Made by a program: the position numbers and the translations under genes. The notes under the pieces were generated by a model. That model ran no database searches and was not told the origin of the DNA. It saw nothing but the letters and a program-made list of their open reading frames with translations. Positions 63,999 through 64,000 of a stretch of DNA of 64,000 nt are shown here, piece after piece. Source of the DNA: Hyphochytrium catenoides (lineage: Eukaryota; Protista; Hyphochytriomycota); assembly GCA_900088475.1 (NCBI GenBank), contig FLMG01003335.1:30842-94841 (forward strand), in the 5' to 3' direction. Every line of letters begins with the position of its first letter. Position 1 is the stretch's first letter.

Positions 63999-64000
63999 TG

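Noticed and set aside
1-64000. Introner-like repeated introns, tRNA/rRNA, CRISPR arrays, intact transposons
   Set aside because: By eye I saw no shared sequence between introns, no tRNA arms and no RT/transposase motifs. An all-vs-all intron BLAST and tRNAscan would be needed to exclude them fully.

Overview
A gene-dense, intron-rich eukaryotic nuclear window. It uses the standard code and mostly 40-400 nt GT-AG introns. Protein style suggests a stramenopile/SAR protist, which is inference only. The six-frame ORF track is largely exon fragments and antisense shadows, so I rebuilt about 21 gene models by hand from splice phases. In order they are: a CTFxPxI-repeat protein (partial), a MORN-repeat protein, a signal peptide + coiled coil + TM + lamin-tail-domain protein, a PH-like hypothetical, PLAC8, MetRS (GST-like N-terminus, 365-aa basic S/P-rich tail), a degenerate mitochondrial-type pyrophosphatase, COX11, a PPR protein, Hsp78/ClpB, a SAP-like+TPR protein, taxilin, UFL1, an acidic disordered protein, a class-3 lipase, an intronless 357-aa unknown, a Cys-rich mucin-stalk type I membrane protein, RanBP9/10, an SDR, a small hypothetical, and an LSD1-type Zn-finger/GYPP protein. 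I recognised no tRNA, rRNA, CRISPR array or intact transposon. The best candidate for new biology is the 7-exon membrane-anchored lamin-tail-domain gene (7884-9859), which does not appear as a unit in the ORF track. Next are the PPase with six active-site substitutions and the MetRS with an H1-like tail. All models are manual and no database search was run.
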